DNA from: Tubulanus polymorphus
Lineage: Eukaryota; Animalia; Nemertea
Length of the DNA: 64,000 nt
Direction of reading: 5' to 3'
NCBI RefSeq assembly: GCF_964204645.1
Contig: NC_134029.1
Location: forward strand, 17,912,950 to 17,976,949
Positions 41,301-56,300 of this stretch are shown here, one piece after another. The notes below the pieces were generated by a model that saw nothing but the letters and a program-made list of their open reading frames with translations, made no database searches and was not told the origin of the DNA. Position 1 is the first letter of the stretch. Every line of letters begins with the position of its first letter. A program made the position numbers and the translations under genes.

Positions 41301-44300
41301 GATTTACAGGTAAACTCAGAACCTATTATAAGGACACCATTAATTTAAGGCGAACTTTTAACAGTAATAAGGAAAACAGACTCAATGGTTGAGACAGAAA
41401 GGCATAACAAAAATACACATTAAAAGGGGGACGTTTAGTTGCTTAACACATAGTCGACATAATATACATACTTTAATAATCATCTAAAAGCCATTGGATA
41501 AAATTAAAATAAAAAAATTTAATCAACATTATTAGATGTCGAAATGAAAGCATTAGAGAGGTCCTTTCTATTTTTCAAAGGCCAATAAATTATTGATGAA
41601 AATAAAATGACAACGACGTAGGAACTAATAAAAAAATAATATCAATGCAAAATTCTCAATTCTCAAAGTTGACATTGACATTCGAGGGGACTTACATCAG
41701 CAGTGTTATCTGAGATACTTTCTTGTTTTGCAAGTGGCGCCACCATTCTTCGTGAGCCAATCCGTACTGGATCCGATGCAGTCGTGAGCACCGAGCCGGC
41801 CGAGTATGATTTAATCATGCTGGGTTTCTTGTACCTAGGAGGAGGCTGTGAAGGGAGGGAGGTTACAAAAATCAAACGCAATACATCTGTATACATATTG
41901 TCAATATAGTGATACCTTTCTTACGCCTTAAACATCTGATTCAAGTTCATTTGCCGAATACGTATTATTGAAAGCTTAAAAACAATTACCCCCTCCCCGA
42001 ATCTCAACCATTCAGACACCAAGTGACCATCCAGTGCTAGGTACATCTATCTACCATCTGTACAACTTAACATGTAGCAAGTGCCACTAATGCTCATCAA
42101 AAAACTTTACTCTGGCTGGTATGCCCAATTTCGGACTGCAAAGCCGGACTATATGCCCCAGGTACAGAAGACTCCGCACAGTCAGATCCATTCCAACAGC
42201 CGTATTTTAAGTTGACATTTACAAAATGTCAAACTGGGTCAACTTATGTATAAGATTAAATTTCAAGATATTCAATTCAACTTTCAGGCTTCCAAGTTTT
42301 TGCGTATTAGTGGCAAATGACCTCTTGAGGGGGACAATCGGCCGATAGCTTTTTCCTAAATAGAATAATCTTTACGCTAAATTCATATATAATTTACTAG
42401 TGTTTGATCAGCATGCATTTGAAATCAACATGCTTCGAGCGAGCACACATCACAGCCAGTGTGAGTTTATAAATTAGTAAAGGATGACATTCCCCGTTAA
42501 AAATAATCAACAATCAGATATCTTCTACTTAATCAGATATCTTCTAGTGCTACTACTACTCATTGCCATATCTCAAACCATCCCGCATGAGAGAGCATCT
42601 AGAAAATTTAACATTCTTCACTTAACGAATAACCCAAAGAAGCCGGAGGGTATCAACACTCACTGCGGATAGATTTCAAAATTGGAACAGTCAACACATG
42701 CGCTGTACTATGTTGCCTTAGGCCAAATGTTGTATTGAATTGATTTTTCACCATCAATTTTCAGTTGCTGTTATAAGTTTTTAACATTTTTATAATATCG
42801 ATCATGTAAGTTACAGTAACATTACAAATTCATTGAATTATCTCGCCAAAATAAAATTCATTAGCTTCAAGGTACTATTTTTTTTCTGAAAATTTCTAAC
42901 ACCATTTTGTGACCTTCTGGAGCTTAAAGGTGGTTATTCGTTCAGAAATGACAGTTAAATTTGCAGAGATGCTCCATAAATAAAGAGAAAGAATTATAAA
43001 ATGAAATTTCCAATTGCAGCGAGTAAAATTTTCTCGAATAAATAGAGGAATGAATGAGCTATCATGCAACGCAAGTTATTCAGAGATAAATCTGCTTTTC
43101 GTAATTCGAACGTTTCAAATCGTCCAAAAAACATGGCATGCCCGTTTTATTCATCTATCGAATGTTACGAATTTAGTTCAATCGTTACACGTGATGTTAT
43201 CAGTGTAAATCATTAAATCCTCTGTTATAACGTCCAATAAAATGAAATCTGTTTCAGCAGTGCCACAGAATTATTCGTTAATCACTTATTTAAGTTAGGA
43301 TATCAACGGTTTACTCGATGTTGAAGTCGTAGTCATGTAATGGAAATAGAACAGAATTTTTAGTACAAAAAAAATGCCTGAAATTAGTAGAAGCAATTAT
43401 TATTCTGAATAATTATTACATTGCATGTAAACGATAGTAGTGTTTTAGTACGATAGCTTATAAATAATAACTACAGTTCGAAGTTGTATACAACTTCGAA
43501 CCAAAAATGATAATAATATCATAGAATAGAGTTAATAGTTCTTTATATATTTGACATTACTGACCGTAGGTCGTGCTACCTCTTCGCTAGAGCCGCTGCC
43601 AGGAGCTCTAAAATAGAAATCAGAAACATATTTTCAAAAATATGTCTACAAATTGTTTCCAACGACATCCTGAAGTGCGTTAAAGGGTAACTGACACTTT
43701 TTTAAAGATTTTCTACTTTTTACACTAAACGATATATTATAGTATACAATAAGGCTAGGTGATTTCATAATTGGAAAAATCTTTTCAATCTAGTCAGAAT
43801 TGATGATTTTGATGTTCGCGCACCTGTTCAGTGTATACATTGCTTCTGCTGAACGCGTGGTGCTGTGTCAATTAATAGAACTACGTCACTAAAGTAACGG
43901 CTCGGAAATGATGTCTATAGAAATGAATAGGAAATAAGCTACAAGAGCAATTCAACTTAATTTTATACCTATTTGGCATTCGAATTGAGACAAAATGCCT
44001 CTTGATTTTTAAAGTCTACATATTAATGATTATAATTAGCTGTTGAACGGACCATATCCGTTCAAACTAAGCGCAAAAATAGGATTTGAATAGCAATCCA
44101 TGGCATTTTCTAGTAGACAGCAGGGAACATGGATGTTTAAATCATCGTTTTGTAATATCATTTAGTGATAGTAAGTAAGATCATGGTTAGATCTAAGAAT
44201 ATTTTGACTTATGAACTGATGATGAAACTAGAGATAGGCGATGAAAATATCTAACAGATAGGGATTGCTTTTCTTTGATGAAAATGGTTAATGGCTATGC

Positions 44301-47300
44301 TTCAGGAACTTCACCTTGCACTACAGGAATAGTGTTTGATTTAATCTTACATGGTTGACACTCAGCCATTTTGAAAACAACTATGATCAATATTGATTAG
44401 GCTTGTTATCTTCATGCCATAAACCTTGCATATAAATATGAAGGCAGTGTACTACAGAAACTGCATTGTGTAGGACCGCAACAACGTATTTTGAGAATCC
44501 AATAAGGCCACCAGGCAGCAATCTTGCACGCGGACACTGATAGGGATTGTTACCTTCGTACCATACATCATTTTTGTACAATTGATGGATCTTACATAAA
44601 TTGTACATTGTGGTGTTTGTAGGTTTTTCTTTTACGCTAAGTTCAATCAGTTTTTATCAGGTCATAAGAGTTAGAGAGTATGGAAAAATTGGAAATTGTC
44701 GTCAACTCTGCCCAGATCTATGCTGGATCTGTTTTTATTAAGCGGGAGTTGAGAGTTTCATAATATCATTCATACCGCGCTCGTTTGATAATTGGTGAAG
44801 GAACGCTGTCATCGGACATGAATTTGACGAGTGAAGGGTTGATATTCAGAGAAGACTCCTGTAGTGTCATGCGCGGTGTATTGGGAGGAGTCATTCCGCT
44901 AGTTTTAGTTCGCTGCTGGCTTTCTGATACATCATCCAGTATGCCACTACTCCTAGAATACAATGTGGAAAACATAGGGTCAAGGTTTTTATGATTGTTT
45001 TGCTAAGAGAACTCTATGCACATTTCGCATACAAAATAGTAGCACAATTTCAAAGAATCTTCAATTGTCACATCAGTGTAAACAAGCCCCATTCCTATAT
45101 CTCTGTATATGGGATAAAAAGACTGGTCCAGGGTTGTTCATTATTTCAAAATGAACCATTTCTTCTCTTGCGCGTGAAACAGTCTATTCAACGACCTGTG
45201 TGATGCAAAGCTCGGGTCTGGTCCGCACAGCCCAAATAAGAACTGGCTGACAAAATTAGCATGAACCTGGCTTGTATTTCTATGAGTGGGACATCTATCT
45301 CACTTACTCTTCGGAATCGTTGGTGTGCGTACTACGTCGTTCGAGATCAATATCAATTTCTTCAATACTCGACTCTTTCACTAGTATACCCTCATCACTG
45401 ATGCTAGAATGTGGATCTGCGCGTAATTTACTGCGTTGATGAAAGGATTTTATTCGGTCATGATCGAGCTCCTCGTCGTGTATATCCTGCAATTCAATTC
45501 AATACAGACAAATAACCATCTCAGTCACTCAAAATTTCTGTACATTCAGAATTATTTCTAGCAGATGGTTTGTTATAATTTGAATGCCAGCTTTAAATAA
45601 CTGCTATAATATTCAGTCCTCAAATTGGAACTGGGTCCAACTGGATCCTGCCTTTTCAATTAATCGCAAATCAAGAGGCAGGTTGCAGATAAATCCTCAA
45701 TGTTCTCTATTGATATCTGACTCTAGCTTTGACTTTTGAAATGAATTAATCTTAACCTGTTATCAATTGAACGAATGGAACCAGGACCAGCTCATTAAAA
45801 GTATGATTAAGTACCTTGATAAGATGTTCTTGTGCTTTTTTCTCCGAGATCTCAGCAAGTCTGTACGTAGGAAATAACAGAATATGTATTCGTCAAAAAA
45901 ATTTCAAACAAAACTAGCATTTGCTATACAAAATTTATACAATATGAAACATTTCAGAATATCAAGAATTTGGTAGAAAAATAATGTGATGGCGTATGTT
46001 TTTTGATTGAATTCTTAATTATCCGAAGAACAGTGATGACGTGAATTACAAACCTCCGCAGCTGCTCCTCTTGTTCTTGTTTGCGTCTTTCTTCTGCTAG
46101 TTTTTGTTCGGATTCTCGTCTGATTCGTTCTTCGTTCTCTCGTCGTCGTTTCTGTTCATCAAGCCGACGTTCCATTTCAGCATTTAACAATTCTACATAC
46201 CTACAAACAATTGGATTGAAAATATTAACTTGAAGGCATATTCAACACTTTGCCTTCTAGCTGGGTCGAATCAATGGACTTTTCCATTTCTACATTTTTC
46301 ACCCCCTTATAATTGGCTTTCTTTCACATTTTTTCAGCAACAAAATACCTGTATTTTTTTCATACAAATTTCTCACTATACAAAAGAAATCACAATCTGG
46401 ACTGATCGAAGTAATATTTCTTAAACTTAAACACAGTTTGTGCATAAATTCCTAACGTGAAACTGGCACATATTTCTGTACATAGGACATCTATCTCACT
46501 TCACGCCATATGGCATGAAAAAGGGGATGAAAACATATTGACCGACAATTCTCATGAATTTTTCATACATTTTTATGATTTTTCGTAGAATTTCCAAATT
46601 TTTCCATTTAAAATGTTTCACAACTTATACATTGAACTAACCCCTGCCACTAAATAGGGTGCAGTAGGGCAAAGCCTGATCAGGGCCATGGTTTTAAGAC
46701 TCAAACTATTAGGAATAAGCTTTTTCATCAAAGTAAGGTTGTCACCAACTAGCAATCAAAACATATTTTGACCATGATCTTCAAAGGTAGGCATACCCCA
46801 GTATGTAACAGTGCACATAACCTAATTACCGTTTTCTGGCGATGTAACCGCGGTACCAACGTTGAATATTCACTGCAGCTGCGACGTGTTTCCGTAAGCG
46901 TTTGCGCGCCTGATAATGACGGTACCAGCGTTGAATGATGATAGTCGCGCATAACTGCAATCTCAAATGACAGAGCTTCTGTTGAGCGAGGAATGACCGA
47001 ACATGACTCTAGAAAAAACAAATAAGATGACACGTACTGATACATCTTCATTTTGCACCAGCAGTTTGATGTATTTCTATGTTGAGTTCCCACTGTACAA
47101 AACCCCGGCCAGAGCAAAGACGATGATGTGCAGATATTCAAAGTTTTGGTTATTTTTAGGACATTATAAGTAATAAATCTTATTTTAGTTATCTTTTAAA
47201 GAATACGATGGACCATTGGTCTCATGGCTCGCTCGTCGCTTGCAGAAATGCACTTAAAGCCCAATGCACATGACACACGGAAACAAAAGACAGAAACATG

Positions 47301-50300
47301 TTACTGATTGTTTCCTGGTGTTGGATGCATTACAAGAAATGAGAAAACAGTTTCGGGAAACAATGTTTCAGAGATCAAACATGTTTGATTTTAGTTAAAA
47401 TGTCTATGCCTTTGGCCCAGCGTAGTGGACTAATGTGACGTAATGTGCCTGCATTGTCCGCTTCAACCAGGGAAAAATTACAGGTCTTGTCACACATTAT
47501 CAGTGGCGTTTCACTACAATTAGCAACAGGTTTTCTAATGGGGTATACCAAGTCATCGGACAATGCACTGGACAGTCCAGGACAAAGCAGCGCCTGGCGC
47601 AATAGGTATTCTCAAATGAAATTTCCTGCACTTATAGCACAGACATAAGTCTTCTTTTGCGTGCATGCGTGCGTGCTCTGGAGTTTTTGATTCTACGATA
47701 CAATCTCTATCAGACATATGGATTTGGATTATTTACCTGTATAACCAGTGCAGCAGCTCTCATACGCAGGAAATTGCGTCGTTCAAAATGCATTTTCATC
47801 CAACGTTGTATCATAATAACGCGCTTCATGATGGCATTATGTAATGCTGTGTCGATCAGAATCTTTTCTCGTTCACGCAGGAAAACCTAAATATATACAC
47901 ATAATAAAAAAATGCTTTTACGAAAAGAATATCCCTGAAGACATATTATGCCCCCACATGAGATGAAACACATAAGTTAATATCACGCTTCGAGCTATTC
48001 TATGGTAATCCTACCGGGGAATTCCAAAAAACAGAAAATTCGAGTTCATCACAGGAACAAAATGTGCTTGTCTTGTTACAAGCAAACCTTAAACATGCTA
48101 TCAAACCTTAAATCTTTATCAGTTTTATTACTCGCCTTTGATTTTCCGAGTTGATAATTTTCGCTGTTCATATCCAGATGTTCGAGGAATTTCTCGACAT
48201 CGACTTTCGAACTTAAACGTCCTTTCGGCAGCAGAATCTCATAATGTTGAATAAATTCCTGTGAAATATGATCGATAAAATTGTCTTCATAAGTCCTTCA
48301 ATGACGTATGACAAATGTTTTATGAGTAATTCGATTACAGTAGCTGATGCAATGTTAGTACATGTACAATAGAAGGTGCTCACCGCATCATACAAGTGAA
48401 AAGTTGATGCACCTTCTGAACGGCATTACACTTATAAAATTATCTAATTATTGACAACCATTTCTTATAAATAAGGGCGTTTGAAATCACTAACAAATAT
48501 CCTGATTAGCTAGCTTCCTAACACCCTGCACCAAGTCGTGATGACAGGACTACATAATTATCACATCATCATTATTTTTAGATTCACAGTTAACAAAATT
48601 TGATTTCCGATTGGGTAAGCTTAATATAATTATACGGACATGCTAATATTTCATCTCTTCATAATCACTATGATTGAAGCACAGAAGAGATACATCAATA
48701 CTTACATCAAATGTTAGACGATAATTATATCCAGAGCGTCTAATTTCCACTGTTGCTAACATACCAGTATATCTTAACTGACGTAAGATTATCTCATCAA
48801 CAAAGTGACAGGGAGCCTTAAAATAGATTCAAATAAACAGACATTAAGCGAAAATATAAAGAGAAACCATAGCAAATTATCAGGAGCTAGACCACGCCAA
48901 GACAACGGAATAGCTAACGAATAATAACAAGTGGTGATGTATTTTTGTAGTAAATACATTGTAAGTTTGTTCGGATTCGTTCTACCAAAAAATTACCTTA
49001 TCGGCATTAGACTTGATACACCGAACGAAGAAAGGATTCGCTCTTTCTAAGTTATCCATTAAACAATCGAGTGAGTACTGAAATAAAAATAATCAAAATC
49101 TAAATTATAATCGCATTCTTTGCAATAAACACAACTTCATTCTGCTATAATAACGACGATTTTAAATACCTGAAATTGTGCTCCGACACTCGGAGGCTGT
49201 TTTTTGGAGGGAATTATTTGTTTACCAAGAGTACGTCGCCCAGTGACAGATTTCAGAGCTTTCAAATCTCTTAAGCCCTACAAATAAGAAAGTAACAAGT
49301 AGTGGAAATTGATATTCCTGCATTAATCGAGGCCCAGCTGGTCTAAATGATGTAGGTACCAGTGGATAACAACATTGATAATCGAAACTCTAGTATTCAT
49401 CTCGTTCCATATCCAATTAGGAGAGTTAAGAGTTACAAGTTAAAACTCTAGGATTAGTTCATGTTTCAAAGTTTTAAATCTATCTCGAGTCAAATTTCAA
49501 CTCAGAATTGGATCCAGCAAACGGATAAGCTTCAACCAACTTTTGAGCAGATGTCTCCAATTGGCAACCATAAGCTACAATGTCTAACAGCTCTATGAAG
49601 ATTGCAATAACTTGGCTGTATGTTAATACCTATCCTGCGTAATTATTGAGAATATCAAAGACGTGGATTTGAAATTGAAAACAATTTTTGTAAAAGTCAA
49701 CTGAAAGATGACACATCAATGACAGCTGACGATGGATCAACTAGAAAATGAAATGTTTAGCCTAGCAGTTTGTGGTTTACCTTGGAAGGTCTTGTCTTTG
49801 GCTTGAATGATTTGCTTTTCCTGAAATTGACAAAATTATCATGAACCCGGTGAACACGCTGCAATGAGTCAATAAAAAGCTTTATAGAATTTTTTTCTAT
49901 TAAGATTTTTTGGGGGAATTAAGTCTTTTTCAGTCTAGTGCAATTAAGCTACACAATCGATGACAAATTACATATGCTAACTTCATACGCTAAACCTTAC
50001 AAAAACCGGAATTTGGCTGAATAAGATATTTTCAAATTTTTTTCCTTTTATCACAAGGATGAGATAGATAAATTGCATAATGAACATAGATAACCACAGA
50101 TGAGGAAGGTAGATGCATCGATAAAATGACATGCAGATTATATGAGATAATTCATGCAGAGTGTGCTGTACACAAATGCAAATACATCGTCATAAAAGGA
50201 ACTGCTGCCAGCATATAAACAACTGTATAAACCACTGAATTTTCAGATTTTTTAGATTAGCAAAGCCTGCAATGTAGAAAATGCAATTGAATGGACAGGT

Positions 50301-53300
50301 TTTCCTTGTCACTTTCTTGTCATTGAATATATACAGTAAATGGGAAAAACTCACTGAAAACTGGTAGCAGTTGTAGATGAGTGGAAAATAATGATGTATA
50401 AAAAATCAACAAAAAATCTGTTTTTCAGATAGCAAAAAGGTCATCAGAACTCTTGAGAATATCGTACACAAGCTCTTTCAACTTCAATGCGTTTAAATGC
50501 CTGCCTTTTGACATTTAAAAAAATTCGAAAATTTTTTGGCCGACATAGGGATGATATGCCTTAAGCCTAGCGCACACCTCTATATATCTATGATAATCAT
50601 ATGTCCAAAATTGCAAGCAAATATTGCCAGTGTTGACTGCATGAATGGTGCAATATTCACACGCACATATAGACAATAAATCATTAACTGGCAGTACTTT
50701 ATATGCATGTCACATGACCACAAAGTGGCAGCCGTTAATTCACATGTAGTGTTAAGTCCTCATTTTAAGGCATTTAAGGGGGCAATCTGAATGGATCAGA
50801 AATTAGATATTGAAAAAATATTGAATGAACTACAGAAAGAACAGCTAAAGGCTGGCTGCTTATGTCAACAAGCAACACGACGCCTACCGACGCAACTTGG
50901 GTTTATCGCCGATTAGCGACAACTAGCGGCCAACGAGAGGCCACCAGTTGCTGCTCTATCGGTTCGACATAAGCCGGCTTGCGACGGCAACCCGACCCCT
51001 ACAGACTCGTCACAAGCCGTATCGGGCTGGTTGCCCATGTTCTACTCCGGCCTACGGAAGGCAGGCAGTTGCTTTCGATTGCACCCGACATAAGGCAATC
51101 TGCGATGCTCTTCATCACGGTAGATGACTGGACCAAAGATCTAGAAACGATATTGGTAGGGTGTGAGCGGCCATCTTGATATGATGTCGCTAGCACATTG
51201 TATTCGAAACAGAATCAGAAAGTTAAAAATCTTAAAGAAATAGCTTTTCTAAAAGAAATCATTTCTCAATAATTTAAATTTATTCTCAAAATGCTTATCA
51301 TGTGACAATCTGAGCCGTTGCAGTTGCCAGTAATCGTAACCGACATAAGCAGGGAAGCAACTGAGACGATCTCGTATATCCGCTAGTCGGCCTCAGACGC
51401 TGCGAATCGGAGCACATTCGACATAAGCTGGGCTGCGTTCGCGGTTGCGTCGGTAGGCATCGCGTTGCTTGTCGACATAAGCAAGCCTTAAGGGAAGAAA
51501 GATGGGGACTTCGGCTTAATCAATTCTTCGGCAATTATTTCATCCACATCCACGTTCCTACTGAGCAACGCCATTGTTATAGCCGCGTCATGTGATTCAC
51601 CTACGCATCAATGATATTCACTTGCCAATTATCGTTTTCTTTCAGAGTATACCTATATACCTACAAGACCTTCTCAGGTGCAATGAAACGTAAAACGCAT
51701 GCCATATAACGACCAAATGAAAAATTGTCATGAGATAACAAACACGTGCAGATAGAATCTTGAGACGATTATCACTAAGGTGTGTGCACTAGGCATCGCT
51801 AAGACAGACCTATACAATGTATTTGTCAGCATTCTCGAGGCCAGTTATTTCAAGACAAAATATATAACAATAGGAAAGGATTGGATGATACAGGGGAGTA
51901 CAGGAAACATATATATGATTACATAGAGTTCATGACTTTATCGGCTATTTGGAGCTGAAGTTGTACACCTTACTCGAAAAGCTGTGACTGTGAAAAATAA
52001 GGAATTCATAACAAATATCTCAAGTTGTTATATCCCTTTTCAAGTTTTCCCTGATTTTCCATTCCCCGAGTAAATCAGTGAAATTTCTACATTTAGAATG
52101 TTACAATTCATTCATTTTTCAATGAATCACATGCTGACAACACATGGTCAAAAGCATTATCCGAATTCCGTGAGGTTTCTTTTTGGTAAAATTTGTGAAA
52201 ATCCAGGAGGTTACCCTGATTTTTCAGATTCCCAGAGTTTTCCCGGTTTTCCTGGTCAGTGGCCACCCTGTAAAACTGTTAAGTGGTGTTTTCAGAGAAA
52301 TACAATGAAATGAACTGAAACCTTTTTTACAATATGTTTCCACTTATATTCTCAAGTTTGGAATTAACTTGCGTGTATGACCTTCACAAATAGCCACTAA
52401 GTCTAGAAACACCAGTCACATCGGCAGGACATTCTGATGATGCCCAGATCTGTGTGCCTGGCTAAGGGGATGTATACAATTTTTTTTTCAATAATAGCAA
52501 ACATACATGATAATCGAATTGTTGAAGCGATTGCCACCAGACGAGGATGATGATGATGATGACGATGCTCTCCAATGAACATCGATAGGAGAATGAGGAT
52601 TAGGCTGGACGGGGCTCGTGCCAGGGGATGTGTTGTAGCTACTAGCATGCAGGGCAGTGAAACTATGGCGATTGCATGACATCCGATTGTTCAGAGCAGT
52701 GGGTGAACTAAAAACCAAAGAGAAAAAAAAGAAAAAACATAAAATACATAAGAATATATTGACATGTTGATGAAATTAAAACCGAATATCAGAGGCAGGT
52801 TTTATAAATCAGTTTAATTTTCACCCTGGCGTAAACTCAACTGGAGCCACCAGGGGCCGGTTTTGGCCTTCAATTGCCCTTTAACCCAATACTTCTATTC
52901 AGATGATTTTAATGTTAGCCACTGCCGTTAGCGGCGCTAGTGTTGGGTCACCTACCTCAAAGGCAAAATGCATTGAAATGCAGGTGACTTTTGTATTCAT
53001 CCTAGAACTACATTTAAACAGAGATCCCCTACTCTTGCAAACTCCAAATTCTAGAAGGTTCCAAGTGTTTTATTTTTTTTGAGATGATCAAAACTATATT
53101 TTGAATTTGTTTCGTAGCTCTTTTTTATGATTTTATCGGAGAACTCTAATCCATCACATGAGAATCTACGCAACATGTATACTCGCTTGCCGCAGCTTCG
53201 TGATAGAATCTCAACATCTACAGTTTAACAGTCATAATTCTGTTATTTTATCGTTTCATTGGTATCATTTATCGTTCTAACTTACATGGTTAACTCCTTT

Positions 53301-56300
53301 ATATCTTCAAGATTATAATGGTAGGTAGTTTCCAAAAATATCTGATAATACGATTACGATTACGATTACGATTTTATTTACACCCCAACCATTTCCATGG
53401 TATATGGAGGAAATATAATGACCATATAGTGCTGCCATCTATGGCCTGTAACAGCGATTATTGTCTTGTTATTGCATTGCTGATTTATCTTATTTAAAGT
53501 AATTGTTTGAGGAATCAAAGGCATATAACAGTAGACTGAAACATTATAAAATACTTCAATCTTCAGTGCCCGGTGGCTCTTTATGGTTTATAGTTCTTTA
53601 ATTTTGTTACATTTTACTCAACTGTCGATTTCGGATGAATTTCTACTCATCTCGCCTTTGGCCTAGGTGACCGAACACTAGCGCACCTAGCGGTGGCGGC
53701 AAACATTAAAATCATCTGAATAGAGAAGTATTTTGGCAATGAATTGGGTTAACCCTGGGTTAAATCTCGGGACCCAGTTCCACAGTTCTGAGTTAAATTT
53801 GACTCTTGAGCTAAAAAATTGAAAATGAACTAATTTCTACTCTATAGAGTTAACTCTAACTCGCAACTGTGGAACTGGGTACAGAGTTGTAAGTTCGACA
53901 CTCAAAGAGTTAACAATTAGTTTGTTTCCATAGATTTAAAGCACAGTAAAAATTTGTCTATTTCCAATGATTGAAACAGAATTCTGATCTAAACCCTTTA
54001 GGACTTTATCACAAAAGACTTGTGAATAATAATCGAATTAACCCTAGGATTTACTGGTTTATAAAATCGGGCTCAGGGGTGAAAAGAATTAACAAGTAAT
54101 AAATGAAAGACGTTGGATAAAATATGCGTATAGAACATCAGAAACAGAGGGACATACATGTTAGCATTTTGACTAGCCACAAGAATGTTCACGGTTTCAT
54201 AAACAGTTGGAATGGCTTGATAAGAGCAATGTACAATAACATTTTAAAAAAATTCCAATTTCAAAATTTTCAAAAAGGGTAATTTTTTATACATTTATCA
54301 GTATCCATGAAATGAATAGTTCTAATCATATTGGGTCATACAGTCTAGTTAATTTCAACAATCAATAATTAATGTAACTGTTATTATTCCGTATCTACGT
54401 TTCAAATAAATGATTACGCTTTGGTCAAATGTTTCAACTAAAACCAGTTAACTACTAACACCTTAACTTTTCACACGCCGGAAAATTCAACTTCAACAAT
54501 GGTCTTATGGTTAGGGATGCCGTGGACCAAAAAAAAAAAAACATGTTAGGATGAAAATAAAAAAATACATATCATTCAACATAAAACCATTCAATTATTA
54601 TATGTACCATAAACAGAATTCATGTAAATAGAATCGAAAATTGTGACCTACAAACAAGCTTGCACATGATGTCAAAAAATATTCTTACAGCCTGATTTTG
54701 CGAGCCCAGGCTGGCCATTAGGGCAGACTTAATTGGGAAAGTGAGCGCAGATTCTGCCATGTATGATGGCGATGGATGATTATCTAACATGTTCAATATT
54801 TTGCCAGTCAATTTTGCTTGATAGTCTTGGTCGGTATTTGTCCTGCAATGTTCCATCCTCCCTCGGCAGGTATTTGAACGTGATGGCATCGATAGACTCA
54901 GCCACTGCAAGAAACTTTGTGCAGGTTCACCACACGAAAACTTGCGACACTAATCAGATTGCCTGTTATATAATCGCTGAGGCAAATTTTACGGATAATA
55001 ATAGCTTGGGATTACCCAGGCTAAAATAAAATGTGATTTCTGATTGGCTGATGATGACATCATCTCAGCTGCGCACTCAGGTGCAGCGGGTTTCATACCA
55101 TAGCAGTTTTGATGCCATCAGGTTCGAATCTCAGCCAGATAGGATGGTTATAGTGTTCCTTCATTGAAAAAAAAAGGAATTAAGATATGATAATCTATCT
55201 CGATTTTGATGATTTGAATTATATCTTATATGCTTGGTGGGTATTGTTGGTGGTGATGTAAATCTATACACAATGAAACATCACAAAATCACAATTGTCA
55301 AAAATGATCTGTACGAAGCTCATCTTGTAACTAGAACTCGAATTCATGCAAGAACGACTGATCAAGAGTGAAGAATTCTGAGACATCATATGCAAGTTGT
55401 CTATTGAGATTTGATTCGAAATATTTCTTTCACTAGACCATGAATTTCTATCAACGCGTTCTAAGGCACGAAATAGGTACTATAAAGTCTACAGCCTTAT
55501 TCGCATGAATCGTTCACTCCTTTTGCAAAGAATTTCTATCCATTTTCCGATGAAATGCCACAGACACCTCTGCGAAAGAAGCAATTACACGGATAGCGTA
55601 GACCGCGTGGTGAGTTTGGATCGAAAGCGAAAATAAGTAAAACACACTTCAGCTTTGTTGAAATATTAGAACACCCGACATGCACGATACCACCAACCAA
55701 TAACATGACGACTCACTTGATTCGGCGAAGTACAGAATACGCTAGTGTGACATGGAAAAGGTCCCTAAAGAGGTTGAATATAAACGAAAAACCAAAACTA
55801 AATGTCACGATTGCAAACCAACGGCGTGAGAGGTGGATCTAAATAACGTGAAGCTCACTTTAAAAAATGTGCAACGCTATCAAGAGAGAGAGAGATATGA
55901 GATTATGTAAAAACCGTGTTCGTTTGACTGAACGATTCGAATAATGCCTCCGTTTAGTCATTCATCAAAATCGAATGGAAATCGACAAAACGAATATGGC
56001 TGCTCCCGTCAACCGTGATTGCTCTTACGGTGGAAACTACTATAAGTTTTATCAGCAATAAAAGACCTCAAATCAATGTGACACAATTCACCGCGACCCA
56101 CAGAGAGACTGAGAGCGAAATGAGTTCAACTGACCGAGCAGGCGGAATGAGTCGACTCAGGCACCCAAATGAACACAGCTTCTTAAGTGTAGATTATTCG
56201 ACAGAAACTATGACAGATCGTTGGTCGTAATGTTGAAATGATTATCATAACTGTTCTCTAACATTTATCCTTCTATTCATACTTATTTTCATGTTCTTGG

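Noticed and set aside
53286-53341. Exon-like segment with a strong gtaagt donor
   Set aside because: It lies inside a nested repeat, and its phase-0 acceptor does not fit the supported upstream exons.
55313-55460. Protein-like open frame [13 protein letters not shown]... in the loop-2 region
   Set aside because: No convincing donor in a compatible phase.
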